Positions 19,231 through 28,941 of a stretch of 64,000 nucleotides of DNA are shown here, piece after piece. The stretch's first letter is position 1. Each line of letters begins with the position of its first letter. The translations under genes were made by a program, and so were the position numbers. The notes beneath the pieces are model-generated. The model did not search any database. It was not told the origin of the DNA and worked only from the letters and a program-made list of their open reading frames with translations. The stretch comes from Candidatus Omnitrophota bacterium. Lineage in GTDB: Bacteria; Omnitrophota; Gorgyraeia; Zapsychrales; JAHFFX01. The stretch spans positions 14,067-78,066 of the forward strand of contig JAHFFY010000003.1 in the NCBI GenBank assembly GCA_023247705.1, read 5' to 3'.

Positions 19231-19807
19231 TGACCTGCTTGAATTTGCGCAAAGCGCGATAGCGGTGGCTCATCTTGGATTTGACGGCGGGTGAAAGCTC
19301 TCCGAATGTTTTGTTATAACGCGGGATTAAAAAAAGCGGGTCGTATCCAAAACCGTTTTTCCCTTTCGATTTTAACGCGATGACCCCCGAGCAACTGCCG
19401 CTGACGACGTCGACCAATCGTTTCCCGTCGCTCAAGGCCACATAACAACGGTAACGCGCCTGGCGTTTGGATAGCGGAACGCCTTTGAGCAAACGCAGGA
19501 GTTTGGCGTTATTTTTTCGATCGGTCGCCCCGGGACCGGAAAAGCGCGCGGAATAAATCCCCGGCTCGTTATGTAAGGCTTTGACTTCCAATCCCGAATC
19601 CTCGCCGATCGTCAATTTCTTGGTGTACAAGGCGATCGTGGCCGCTTTTTTAATTGCGTTGGCGCTGAAGGTCATTCCGTCTTCTTCGATGGCGGGTAAA
19701 TCGGGATAATCGTCTAAAGAAGTAATTTTTACTTTTAAATCTTTTAAAAGGTCCCTGATTTCTTCCAGCTTCTTTTTGTTGCGGGTGGCAACAAGCAGTT
19801 CTTTCAT
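19181..19807 (-). CDS. rdgB: non-canonical purine NTP pyrophosphatase (dITP/XTP pyrophosphatase, Ham1/RdgB)
   Basis: 208 aa. MKELLVATRNKKKLEEI…SGLEV…FGYDPLF motifs typical of the RdgB/HAM1 family. Its 3' end overlaps the convergent AsmA gene by 50 bp. Confidence 0.85.
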   Translation of the reverse strand: MKELLVATRNKKKLEEIRDLLKDLKVKITSLDDYPDLPAIEEDGMTFSANAIKKAATIALYTKKLTIGEDSGLEVKALHNEPGIYSARFSGPGATDRKNNAKLLRLLKGVPLSKRQARYRCYVALSDGKRLVDVVSGSCSGVIALKSKGKNGFGYDPLFLIPRYNKTFGELSPAVKSKMSHRYRALRKFKQVIKKYFSNLPAKDFSSC

Positions 19808-19923
19808 AGTGCTATTCCTTTGAGCATTTCAGGCGACCGTCTGCAAAATTATTATATTAATGTTTCTCAACTACGAAGACTATAAAACAATACCCTCTAT
19901 TTCCTCTATTACAATTCTCGCAT

Positions 19924-20646
19924 CTAAAACCCCAACCCTTTTAAACATTCCTTCTGAATATCGAATAACTCTTTGATTCCTTTTTGGGCCAACACCAAAA
20001 GGGAATCCATCTGTGTTTTGGAAAACGGATGTCCTTCGGCAGTCCCCTGGACTTCGACGAATTGCCCCGATCGGATCATCACGACATTCATGTCCATGTC
20101 GGCTTTGGAATCTTCCTGATAATTCAAATCCAAAACCAGCTCTCCGCCCCAAATCCCGACACTCACCGCGGCGACATAATTGGTGATCGGGATTTCATTG
20201 ATCATCGTCTTTTGTTTCATCTTCAAAATCGCGTCGCCGAGCGCGATGAATCCGCCGGTAATGGACGCGGTGCGCGTTCCGCCATCGCCCTGGATCACGT
20301 CGCAATCGATCTTGATCGTCCGTTCGCCGAGTTTATTCATGTCGACCACGGCCCGTAGTGACCGGCCGATCAACCGCTGGATCTCCAACGTCCGGCCGGA
20401 ACTGGCCGCTTTGTCCCGGTTGATCCGGCTGTCGCAGGAACGGGGCAACATCCCGTATTCCGCCGTGACCCAGCCCGTTCCGGAATTTCGCAGAAACGGA
20501 GGAACACTTTCCTCGACGCTGGCGGTACACAAAACCCGGGTGTCGCCGAATTCGATTAAACACGAACCTTCCGCATATTTACTATAGTTTTGGGTCACCT
20601 TGATGCGCCGCAATTTATCCGGGGCGCGCCCATCCATTCGAATCAT
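19924..20646 (-). CDS. rph: ribonuclease PH
   Basis: 240 aa. …[33 protein letters not shown]…[19 protein letters not shown]… is the conserved RNase PH core. Confidence 0.9.
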   Translation of the reverse strand: MIRMDGRAPDKLRRIKVTQNYSKYAEGSCLIEFGDTRVLCTASVEESVPPFLRNSGTGWVTAEYGMLPRSCDSRINRDKAASSGRTLEIQRLIGRSLRAVVDMNKLGERTIKIDCDVIQGDGGTRTASITGGFIALGDAILKMKQKTMINEIPITNYVAAVSVGIWGGELVLDLNYQEDSKADMDMNVVMIRSGQFVEVQGTAEGHPFSKTQMDSLLVLAQKGIKELFDIQKECLKGLGF

Positions 20647-21056
20647 AGGTTTCCTTTCTTTGATGACGGATGATATTGCGCAACGACCGTCGTTTGAATT
20701 CCTCCTCGGGAATTAACCACCGCCTCCACCTTGGCCCAGCGGGGAGCGCAGGCGTTCACGATATCATCCAAAATCTTGTTCACAAAATGTTCGTGGAAAA
20801 TGCCGATATTCCTGAAAAACACAATATAATATTTAAACGATTTCAGCTCCAGACAGGTTCTAGTCGGGCTGTAACTCACCTGAAGGGTGGCAAAATCCGG
20901 CAATCCGGTCTTGGGACAGATGCAGGTGAATTCCGGGATGTGCAGATGGATCGTATATTCCCGGTCGGCATATTGATTGCGCCAGACATCGATCTTCGGC
21001 GTCTTTAATGTTTTGATATTCTCCTGTAACCCTTCGTATGATTTTTTATTTTTCAT
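20643..21056 (-). CDS. queF: NADPH-dependent 7-cyano-7-deazaguanine reductase (type I QueF)
   Basis: 137 aa. [14 protein letters not shown] (QueF E-x-T-x-x-CP-x-TG-x-PD motif) and C-terminal QueF signature. Confidence 0.85.
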   Translation of the reverse strand: MKNKKSYEGLQENIKTLKTPKIDVWRNQYADREYTIHLHIPEFTCICPKTGLPDFATLQVSYSPTRTCLELKSFKYYIVFFRNIGIFHEHFVNKILDDIVNACAPRWAKVEAVVNSRGGIQTTVVAQYHPSSKKGNL

Positions 21057-21110
21057 TTCATCGGTCTCATTTTTAAAATTGAAATTTAAACATGATCGGA
21101 CAGTTTCTTG

Positions 21111-21812
21111 TTACGGCAGGTTCATCAATTTATGGATCTGCGGCACGACGCGCACCTCTCGGAGATATTGAGAACAATATTGCTGAAACAAAAGACATTT
21201 CCCCAGAATCCCGTTGGAGGATTCGAAATGATTCGGCTGCAGATAAAAAATGATTTCAGGATCATACCGCGCGACCAGTTCGACGGCTTTTTGCAGATCA
21301 TCCCGGGTTGTTTGCCCCGAGATCACGGTCTTGATAAAAAGATCTTTTTTCCGGGCGCGTTTTAAGAATTCTTCGTGTTCACGCCAAAAATTCCTCGCTT
21401 CAGTCGAGCTGGGGAGTTTCATGTCCATGGCAATGATGTCTACCTGATCGATTATTTTATCCAGCTCCTTATAAAGCACTCCGCTCGTTTCCAGATAGAT
21501 TTTCAATCCGGACTTCTTAAATAACGGGATAAAATCTTTGATGAAATCGGCCTGCAGCAACGGTTCTCCGCCGGTCAGACTGACCGAATGCGACCCGGCA
21601 ATCAGCGGACGGATTGCCGCAACCAGTTCCTCCAAAGAATATTCTTTATAGTCTCTACGCCCGTCGCCGATTGTGTCCGGCGTATCGCACCAGACGCAAT
21701 GCATGTGGCATTCGAAGAAACGCACAAAAACCTGGCGAACGCCGATGTATTTTCCTTCACCCTGGAGGGATGGAAATAGTTCGAAAATTTTTGCTTTCAT
21801 TGTTGTGACCAT
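21111..21812 (-). CDS. queE: 7-carboxy-7-deazaguanine synthase (radical SAM QueE)
   Basis: 233 aa. SLQGEGKYIGVRQVFVRFFECHMHCVWCDT radical-SAM-like Cys cluster. QueE family. Confidence 0.85.
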   Translation of the reverse strand: MVTTMKAKIFELFPSLQGEGKYIGVRQVFVRFFECHMHCVWCDTPDTIGDGRRDYKEYSLEELVAAIRPLIAGSHSVSLTGGEPLLQADFIKDFIPLFKKSGLKIYLETSGVLYKELDKIIDQVDIIAMDMKLPSSTEARNFWREHEEFLKRARKKDLFIKTVISGQTTRDDLQKAVELVARYDPEIIFYLQPNHFESSNGILGKCLLFQQYCSQYLREVRVVPQIHKLMNLP

Positions 21813-21824
21813 AAAAATTAATAT

Positions 21825-21915
21825 GGGGTTAACGAGTTAGCGGGTTCAACCGGTTATCGAGTTCACTTCATTCATGAAATTACAAATCAAAAAAATAACC
21901 CGTAAAACCCGCAAC
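21825..21915. repeat. family 2 intergenic element, copy A: phased CGrGTT heptamers plus inverted AACCCG copies
   Basis: GGGGTTAACGAGTTagCGGGTTcaaCCGGTTatCGAGTTcac…(30 nt)…TAACCCGTAAAACCCGCAAC. Homologous to 28843-28932 in inverted orientation. Lies in the queC-queE spacer. Confidence 0.7.
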
Positions 21916-21917
21916 TT

Positions 21918-22583
21918 TCATATCAAAGGATCCCTTTCACCAACCCCCTCAAACCCTTTTTCTCTTAACCGGCAACTGTCGCAGCCGCCGCAAGGTTTTT
22001 TTCCGCCGCTGTAACAGGACCAGGTCAAATGATACGGAACACGGAGTTTGATTCCCAGATGGATAATCTGTGCTTTGGTTAAATGAATCAATGGCGTTTC
22101 AATCTTGATCCTTTGGCCTTCGACACCGCTTTTCAATCCTGTGACTAAAACCGTTTCAAACGCCTTAAAAAATTCCGGCCGGCAATCCGGATAACCGGAA
22201 TAATCGATCGCGTTGGCTCCGATAAAAATCTTGTGCGCCCCGAGTGTTTCCGCATAAGAAACCGCAAAGCTCAAAAAAATAATATTTCTCGCAGGAACAT
22301 ACGTGGGAGGAATCTCCTTTAAATTAATTTTGCGGTGACGCGGCAACGCGATCCTCCGGTCCAACAAAGCCGATCCTTTCCAGGGCAGCGCGATAGGCAC
22401 CAGCTGGGCAGCGCAACGGGCATGTCGGGCGATTTTCCTGGCCTGATGGATTTCTTTGCGATGACGCTGGCCATAATCAAAAATAAGACAAAAAATCTTG
22501 TACCCTTGTTTTAACGCGTAAAAAAGGGTCGTGGCGGAATCCAACCCTCCCGATAACAAAACAACCGCTTTTTTCAAATCCAA
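21918..22583 (-). CDS. queC: 7-cyano-7-deazaguanine synthase
   Basis: 221 aa. VVLLSGGLDSATTL PP-loop and C-terminal Zn-binding CYSGGKKPCGGCDSC. Confidence 0.9.
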   Translation of the reverse strand: MDLKKAVVLLSGGLDSATTLFYALKQGYKIFCLIFDYGQRHRKEIHQARKIARHARCAAQLVPIALPWKGSALLDRRIALPRHRKINLKEIPPTYVPARNIIFLSFAVSYAETLGAHKIFIGANAIDYSGYPDCRPEFFKAFETVLVTGLKSGVEGQRIKIETPLIHLTKAQIIHLGIKLRVPYHLTWSCYSGGKKPCGGCDSCRLREKGFEGVGERDPLI

Positions 22584-22625
22584 TCTCTCCTATCCTAAAG
22601 GACAGTAAAATTTGTTCTAAAAAAA

Positions 22626-23009
22626 TCATGACTGATCATAGGTGATGCTGGCGGTATCCGATTCCCATACCCGCACCTGTTTGAGCTTATGCGGTTTACA
22701 TTCTTTGGCAAATTCTTCAAAGATATATTTGGCCAAGTTCTCCGTCGTGGGATTTGTTTTATTAAAGGCAGGTAAATCATTAAGATGGACATGATCTAAC
22801 TGGCATAAAAAATCCTTTAATTTCTTTTTAACAATTTTAAAATCGAGGACCATGCCAATGGTATCCAGCCGGTCGCCCTGAATGACGATCTCGACTTGCC
22901 AGGTATGGCCGTGGAGATTTTTGCAATTGCCATCGTACCCATGCAGCAAATGTGCCGCGGCAAAATGGTCACGGATCGATAACTCAAACATGATCGCACC
23001 TTTCGACAT
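22626..23009 (-). CDS. queD: 6-carboxy-5,6,7,8-tetrahydropterin synthase (PTPS family)
   Basis: 127 aa. …FAAAHLLHGYDGNCKNLHGHTWQVEI… with the His/Cys-rich active site of the QueD/PTPS family. Confidence 0.85.
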   Translation of the reverse strand: MSKGAIMFELSIRDHFAAAHLLHGYDGNCKNLHGHTWQVEIVIQGDRLDTIGMVLDFKIVKKKLKDFLCQLDHVHLNDLPAFNKTNPTTENLAKYIFEEFAKECKPHKLKQVRVWESDTASITYDQS

Positions 23010-23805
23010 GCTTAATCGCCGTCCCTAAAAACTTTTGGGCCAAGAGATGAAAATGCTTCGGCTCATCGCTGACCAAAAAAGTATGTTTCGGCTTTTTGTT
23101 CGTTAAGCGATTTTTCTTGGTATATTCTAAAAGCTGTTTCACGTCCCGCGCGATTTCCTTGGCGGAATCAATCAACAGAACATCTTTTCCAACGACCTTT
23201 TTTAAGGCCGCTTTAAGCAGCGGATAATGCGTGCAGCCTAAAATCAATGTGTCGATCTTAAATTGCTTCATATTCTTCAAATATTCTTCGGCAATCGTCA
23301 GCGTCACCTGACGGTCCGTCCACCCCTCCTCGACCAACGGAACAAACAAAGGACAGGCCTGCGCGGTTACCTTGATCGTCGGATCCAAACGGTGAATCTC
23401 TTTGGCGTATTCCCGGCTGTTGACGGTTGCTGAGGTGGCGATGATCCCGATGCGTTTATTGCGCGTGATCTCGACGGCTTTTTTCGCGCCGGGCTTGATC
23501 ACACCGATAATCGGCAAGGAAAAAGACTCCCGCAAAATCGGCAAGGCAAAGCTGGATGATGTATTACAGGCGACGACGACCATCTTCACTTTATGCCGCA
23601 GAAGGATCGCAACGTTTTCCTTTGAAAATTTGACAATGGCTTCTTTCGATTTGGTTCCGTAGGGCACACGGGCCGTGTCGCCGAAATAAACGACATCCTC
23701 AAAGGGAAGCTCGCGCATCAACTCCCGGACAACCGTCAAGCCGCCCAACCCTGAATCAAACACTCCAATCGGATGCTCCCGGTTCTGATCAATTTTTATT
23801 GGCAT
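22984..23805 (-). CDS. murI: glutamate racemase
   Basis: 273 aa. IGVFDSGLGGLTVV…VACNTSS…GCTHYP conserved MurI motifs. Confidence 0.9.
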   Translation of the reverse strand: MPIKIDQNREHPIGVFDSGLGGLTVVRELMRELPFEDVVYFGDTARVPYGTKSKEAIVKFSKENVAILLRHKVKMVVVACNTSSSFALPILRESFSLPIIGVIKPGAKKAVEITRNKRIGIIATSATVNSREYAKEIHRLDPTIKVTAQACPLFVPLVEEGWTDRQVTLTIAEEYLKNMKQFKIDTLILGCTHYPLLKAALKKVVGKDVLLIDSAKEIARDVKQLLEYTKKNRLTNKKPKHTFLVSDEPKHFHLLAQKFLGTAIKHVERCDHV

Positions 23806-24856
23806 AATCTAAAATGCTTTCGGCTAACCCGTTGGCAATCTTTTGCCGATAAAATCTTGTCTTGAGGGCTTTCTCTTCGGTCGAGTTAGACAAAAACCCG
23901 ACTTCGACCAGGATGGCCGGAATCAGGGTGTTTCTCAAAACAAAAAACGCGGAACTTTTGCTCCCGCGATTAGGGGCGTTAATTGAATTGGCAGTCCGCT
24001 GCGTCACGAAATTGGCTAGCTTCTCGGATTCCCCCTGCTTATGCGTATAAACCATATCCGCCAAAATATTATCGAGGACTGTAGAATTTTTCTGCATGCT
24101 GAATTGACTAAACAGCGCTTTTTGATTCTCTTTCATCTGATCTTCCTTTTTCTCATGCGAATCTAGATTGCGCAGATAAAACACCTCCAAGCCTCGTGCT
24201 GCTTTCGCGGGGCTCGAATTCGCGTGAATGCTCACGAACAAATCGCCCTTTGACCGGCTGGCAATCTCCGTGCGTTTTTCCAGCGAGACAAATTCATCTT
24301 TGGTTCTGGTCATAATGGTTTTAATCCCGTGTTTTTCCAGGCTTCCTCTCAGGCGTTTCGCGATGTCCAGAACAATCATTTTCTCCTCGGAACCAAATCG
24401 TCCGCGCGTGCCCGGGTCTTTTCCCCCGTGTCCGGGGTCAATCACGATCTCTCTGAATTTCCGGACCGTGACACGGCTGTCTTGACGGATCAAAGGCTCG
24501 ATGACTTTATTTTTAAAATCGGGCGGGATGATAATCGAGTCCCGGGATTTTTTTAAAGGACCGCTCAAAGCAATCTTGTCATTGTTGACAAAAACAATCT
24601 CGCTGCCGATCAACCCTCTGGCCTTGGAACTTCCCCTAGTCATCACGACACTCAGATTGACCCGGTCTAGATCCAGGTCAACATTGAAGCGCTTGCACAT
24701 CTCAACGAGATCATTATCCGATGTCATCACCGGCTGGACACGCGCGCATCCGGTTAAAAGCAACGCGGATATCAACGAAAACCGCAACAATTCCTTGAGC
24801 CTGCGGGCCCACGTCCGGATCACAAATAAATTTTCTTTAAAAATGATCATCTGCAA
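23789..24856 (-). CDS. N-acetylmuramoyl-L-alanine amidase (Amidase_3, AmiC-like) lipoprotein
   Basis: 355 aa. Lipobox-like LLTGCA. Catalytic region VIDPGHGGKDPGT…SIHANS…E. Confidence 0.8.
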   Translation of the reverse strand: MQMIIFKENLFVIRTWARRLKELLRFSLISALLLTGCARVQPVMTSDNDLVEMCKRFNVDLDLDRVNLSVVMTRGSSKARGLIGSEIVFVNNDKIALSGPLKKSRDSIIIPPDFKNKVIEPLIRQDSRVTVRKFREIVIDPGHGGKDPGTRGRFGSEEKMIVLDIAKRLRGSLEKHGIKTIMTRTKDEFVSLEKRTEIASRSKGDLFVSIHANSSPAKAARGLEVFYLRNLDSHEKKEDQMKENQKALFSQFSMQKNSTVLDNILADMVYTHKQGESEKLANFVTQRTANSINAPNRGSKSSAFFVLRNTLIPAILVEVGFLSNSTEEKALKTRFYRQKIANGLAESILDYANKN

Positions 24857-25856
24857 TCTTGGGCGTTAAGAAAACAACCAATTCGGTTCTTCGGGTCAGT
24901 TGATTTTCGTTGCGAAAGGCGGATCCGATGAGCGGGATATCCCCGAGGAGCGGCACCTTCTTGAAGGAATCGACCTTTTCATCTTTGATGAATCCACCGA
25001 TCACGATGGTTCCGCCATCTTTAATCATGACCAGGGTCCCCAGGTCATCGCTCTCTCTTTTCGCATCAGGACCTTTCTGTTGGGTCGCAGGATCGATCAT
25101 CGACTCAAAATCAGGTTTGATCCTCATGGAAATAAAATTATCCTGTTCGATCATCGCTTTCAGAAACAAATTCAAACTTAAGTCCAGAAAATTTTCCGGA
25201 TCAACAGTAGCGTTGGTATTCTCCGCTTGGGCGGAATAGCGGTCATCCGTATTTGATGCGGGGAAGAAAACGACTTTCGCCTCACGATTATTGGACATCT
25301 TGACGTTTAAGGTGGCCAGGATATGCGTTGTTCCAACGGTATCCAGGGCTTCCAGCAAAACGGAATAATCTTCCGGCGAAATGGTCCCGATGCTTAACTT
25401 GTCCTGCCCGTTATCCGTCGGATTATTCCGGCCGGTATTTAACGCGTGATAGTTTGAAACAATCGCTGACCAATCAATCCCGCCTTTATATTCTTCGCTT
25501 AACACAACCTGAATGATTTTAGATTCAATCAGGACATCTTTGCTTCGCCGGGCAATGGATTCTTTGATCTTTTGAAAGGCATCGTCCTTTTTCGCGGAAT
25601 CTAAAGATAAGATATCAAGAATCGGGGGGATCTTAAACTGGCCGACACTACCAATAAATGTCTCGCTGATCCGATGAGCGATCTTCAGCTTCTGCACGGG
25701 GCTCATGGCTTCGACAGGATCCGCTTTCGATAACGCAAACCCTTGATTAAAAAGGTCCGTCTCTCCCTTGTTCTCTCCCAGATCGCCCCAAAGATACCGA
25801 TGACCAGCACCCAATATAAAACATGCTAAAAAGAAAATTTTTATTCCTTTAGCCAT
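24837..25856 (-). CDS. secretin-domain protein (unusually short, no N0/N1 domains)
   Basis: 339 aa. Signal peptide. C-terminal secretin signature …VPLLGDIPLIGSAFRNENQLTRRTELVVFLTPKI and upstream …IIQVVLSEEYKGGIDWS… beta-domain. Confidence 0.65.
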   Translation of the reverse strand: MAKGIKIFFLACFILGAGHRYLWGDLGENKGETDLFNQGFALSKADPVEAMSPVQKLKIAHRISETFIGSVGQFKIPPILDILSLDSAKKDDAFQKIKESIARRSKDVLIESKIIQVVLSEEYKGGIDWSAIVSNYHALNTGRNNPTDNGQDKLSIGTISPEDYSVLLEALDTVGTTHILATLNVKMSNNREAKVVFFPASNTDDRYSAQAENTNATVDPENFLDLSLNLFLKAMIEQDNFISMRIKPDFESMIDPATQQKGPDAKRESDDLGTLVMIKDGGTIVIGGFIKDEKVDSFKKVPLLGDIPLIGSAFRNENQLTRRTELVVFLTPKIADDHF

Positions 25857-26023
25857 CTTTACTTTCTAAATCTTATTGGATCGATCAAAAAACTTCCAAT
25901 TCATGAGATATATATTCAAAATTAATAATAATTTAGGGTTTATTCTTGCGTTTTTTCTTTGGGATGTCAAGCCAATTTTCTAGCGTGTGACAGGATCTCT
26001 GGACGAAAAAACGCATCTCACCA

Positions 26024-27022
26024 TCAGCAGATCAATCGATCCAGTCCTTTTCTTACCCGTCCATCACCGCGCTTCATCATTTTGGCGATAAAGAAACCTT
26101 CCAACTTTTGTGATGGACAGATCCGAAAACAATTTTTGATATCCTGATGAAATTTTTTTTCTCCCCATTGCATAACCGCTGGATAAGATCCGATTTCTTG
26201 ATTCTGGATGGGAAGCAGTTCCAGATGATCCGGACATTTCTTTAAGACCCTATGGACGACCGCTTCATTTTCTTCCGGGGCAAAGGTACAGGTCGAATAA
26301 ACTAAAATCCCCTTGGGTTTAAGTAAACGCGTCGCGGCGAGAAGCAGACCTTTCTGTTTGTGCGCCATCTCTTTGATTTTTCTGGGACTCCAATAAGCGT
26401 AGGTCTTGGGTGTTGCGGTTTCAAAGCGGCCTTCGCAGCTGCAGGGCGCGTCGACTAAAATCTTGTCGAACAGGCGATCGGCGGGCCGAAATCGTCTCCC
26501 ATCGCCCATCTTCAAGGAGACGATTTCGGCCCCCGTCTGCGTGAGCACGGCTTTTAAACGAAAAAAACGGTCGCGAATCGGCTCGACCGCGATAATCGAT
26601 CCGCGGTTTTGCATCTTCGCTGCCATCTGGGTCGTCTTGCTCCCCGGGGCGGCGCATAGATCCAGAACGACATCATCAGGCTTAGGGTCCAGAACCTCAA
26701 CGACGAATTGACTCGAAAGACTCTGAATATACAAAAAAGCGTTTTGCACCAAATCCATCTCACCCAATTCCTGCTTGGTGATATTTCCCAAAATCAACGC
26801 TTCCGGCAAACTAAAAGCGGAAGAATAGCGGATCTTGCGTTCGGAGAGCATGGATAAAAGTTCATCGCGGCCGATCTTTAAGGTATTGATACGCACACTC
26901 AATGGACGCTGCGCAGAAAAATGCTGAACGATCGGATCGAATTTTTCCACAGGGACGGTCATTTTAAGCCGTTCTAAAAATTGAGGAGGAAGTAATTGGG
27001 ACATGGATTTTTGGGGAGTCAT
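26024..27022 (-). CDS. RsmB/RsmF-family rRNA (cytosine-C5) methyltransferase (NOL1/NOP2/Sun)
   Basis: 332 aa. VLDLCAAPGSKTTQ SAM-binding motif and catalytic DAPCSCEG with a downstream TC motif. Confidence 0.8.
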   Translation of the reverse strand: MTPQKSMSQLLPPQFLERLKMTVPVEKFDPIVQHFSAQRPLSVRINTLKIGRDELLSMLSERKIRYSSAFSLPEALILGNITKQELGEMDLVQNAFLYIQSLSSQFVVEVLDPKPDDVVLDLCAAPGSKTTQMAAKMQNRGSIIAVEPIRDRFFRLKAVLTQTGAEIVSLKMGDGRRFRPADRLFDKILVDAPCSCEGRFETATPKTYAYWSPRKIKEMAHKQKGLLLAATRLLKPKGILVYSTCTFAPEENEAVVHRVLKKCPDHLELLPIQNQEIGSYPAVMQWGEKKFHQDIKNCFRICPSQKLEGFFIAKMMKRGDGRVRKGLDRLIC

Positions 27023-27146
27023 CCTGTTTTTACAAAACTAATTAAAAAAAATCGATCACGATCACTGTTTATTACGATATAATAAACCAAAATTTTTACA
27101 GCTTCGACACATGTCCGTGATTATTTTATACCGCTTCCACTAAAAT

Positions 27147-28424
27147 ATGCTGAGCATTCTTATCCTGAGCCTGTTGTTCGTTTTGTCACTCTTCACATTT
27201 AAAAACCGCAAATATAAACTCGCCGGACTTTTCCCCATTCTCCTCTTAAACTGGCTGGTCATTGAATTAGTGATCTACGGCTATTTTTTATATCTTGTCT
27301 TTCAAGGACAATGTTTTCTTTTAATCGGCAATCAAAAAATTCTGGACATATTGATTAAGACCCGTTTGACCCATGCGATCTATTTCGCCCAAGGGAAAAA
27401 AAATTTTATCTATCAAGTCAACTCTGATCTCGGATATGGTCTCGGCAAGAACAAAGACACGGGTTTATACCGCACCAATCAAATGGGATTTCGCGCCGAT
27501 CAAGAATACGCACTCCTGCCCGGTAAAAACACGCTGCGCCTCGCTGCGTTCGGAGATTCTTTTGTTTTTTGTGATGATGAGAAAAACACCGACACCTGGC
27601 CCCATTTCTTGGAACAATCGGCCGGGCATCTCGAGGCGCTCAACTTCGGCGTCTCCGGATACGGGCTTGGACAAAGCTATCTCAGATATCTGAACGAAGG
27701 CTTAAAATTCAATCCCGATATCATTTTCTTCACCTATATCGAACTCACCAACCGGGACCGAATTAATCCGCTGGATTTTATAGGCATCAACAATTTGAGG
27801 ATGGCCAATTTCTACCGCGCGCATTTTTGGATCGAAAATGATGTTCTTTTATCCGAGAACACCACCCCGTTTCACCTGTTCGATCCCTCATTCCGAAAAC
27901 AATATCTCTATGATCCTTTAAAACTGCATTTCGAATCATCATTCCTGGCAAATCCGTTTTTTTCCATCTCGAATCTCGGTCTTCTCATCAAAACAATCCT
28001 CATTCAAAAAATCGTGAAGGACAAAAAAATCCAGCCGGAAAATTATACCGATGAAACACTCAACTTAAAAATATTGGAAAATTTGATCCGTCTCGCTGAG
28101 AAAAATCAATCTTCACTCATCTTTTGGAATGAACAGTCGTTTTCAAAACTTCCTCAATCAATCCAAAATTTAGTCAAACAGCATGAAGAGAATGTTGTTT
28201 ATGTCAACCAGCGGGACGCTTTTTACGACTTATACCTCAACCTCAGCCCCGATGAGAATCTCCGCAATAAATCGCAACATTTCAACGCCCGGGGCAATCA
28301 ACTCTACGCGCAAGCGGTCTTGGACATTTTAAAATCGCGCAGCTGGGGCAAAGGCGCACGCCGATTTAAATTTGATCCGGTGACCGCCTCTTTCGTCCCC
28401 GAGGCGTCCTCTCGTCAAAAATAA
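27147..28424 (+). CDS. SGNH/GDSL-family hydrolase with N-terminal TM anchor
   Basis: 425 aa. Block I AAFGDSF. Gly block …NFGVSGYG…. C-terminal D-x-x-H-like region. Hydrophobic N-terminus. Confidence 0.55.
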   Translation: MLSILILSLLFVLSLFTFKNRKYKLAGLFPILLLNWLVIELVIYGYFLYLVFQGQCFLLIGNQKILDILIKTRLTHAIYFAQGKKNFIYQVNSDLGYGLGKNKDTGLYRTNQMGFRADQEYALLPGKNTLRLAAFGDSFVFCDDEKNTDTWPHFLEQSAGHLEALNFGVSGYGLGQSYLRYLNEGLKFNPDIIFFTYIELTNRDRINPLDFIGINNLRMANFYRAHFWIENDVLLSENTTPFHLFDPSFRKQYLYDPLKLHFESSFLANPFFSISNLGLLIKTILIQKIVKDKKIQPENYTDETLNLKILENLIRLAEKNQSSLIFWNEQSFSKLPQSIQNLVKQHEENVVYVNQRDAFYDLYLNLSPDENLRNKSQHFNARGNQLYAQAVLDILKSRSWGKGARRFKFDPVTASFVPEASSRQK

Positions 28425-28820
28425 TTATTTTTTTAAATGCGACCGGATTTTTTCCGCAACCTTGGCTAATTCATCTTGCGGGGTCGCCTTGGCTTTCGCA
28501 AAATTCAGATCGCTGATTTCCATGATCGGGATCAAATGGATATGGGCGTGAGGGACTTCAATCCCGGCGACCATGACGCCGATTTTCTTGCAGGAAATTT
28601 CCTTTTTAATCAACCCCGCGACCTTCTTTGCAAAAACGATCATGCCGGACAACAGTTCGTCGTCAACATCAAAAATATAATCGATCTCTTTTTTGGGAAT
28701 CACGAGCGTGTGTCCGGGGTTAATCGGACGGATATCCAAAAACGCCAGATAACGATCGTCCTCCATAATTTTATGACAAGGAATTTCTCCTTTGATGATG
28801 CGCGTGAATAAACTGGGCAT
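28425..28820 (-). CDS. HIT-family (histidine triad) hydrolase
   Basis: 131 aa. …NPGHTLVIPKKEI… and the histidine-triad HAHIHLIP. Confidence 0.85.
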   Translation of the reverse strand: MPSLFTRIIKGEIPCHKIMEDDRYLAFLDIRPINPGHTLVIPKKEIDYIFDVDDELLSGMIVFAKKVAGLIKKEISCKKIGVMVAGIEVPHAHIHLIPIMEISDLNFAKAKATPQDELAKVAEKIRSHLKK

Positions 28821-28842
28821 GGTAGTCCTTTCTTCATGAATC

Positions 28843-28932
28843 GTTATCGGGTTGCGGGTTTTACGGGTTACTAAGTTCTATAATTTGTCAATGTCCAACT
28901 CGCTAACCCGAGAACTCGTTGAACTCGCCAAC
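28843..28932. repeat. family 2 intergenic element, copy B (inverted relative to copy A)
   Basis: CGTTATCGGGTTGCGGGTTTTACGGGTTA…CGCTAACCCGAGAACTCGTTGAACTCGCC. Its reverse complement aligns with 21825-21915 (TAACCCGTAAAACCCGCAAC identical; 4 phased CGAGTT/CGGGTT units). Lies between the xth stop and the HIT gene start. Confidence 0.7.
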
Positions 28933-28941
28933 TAATCAAAA

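Noticed and set aside
21825-28932. Family 2 element as a riboswitch (for example preQ1) in the queE leader
   Set aside because: The two copies are in opposite orientation relative to their downstream genes, and the sequence bears no resemblance to the preQ1-I consensus. A DNA-level element (protein binding array or MITE) fits better.
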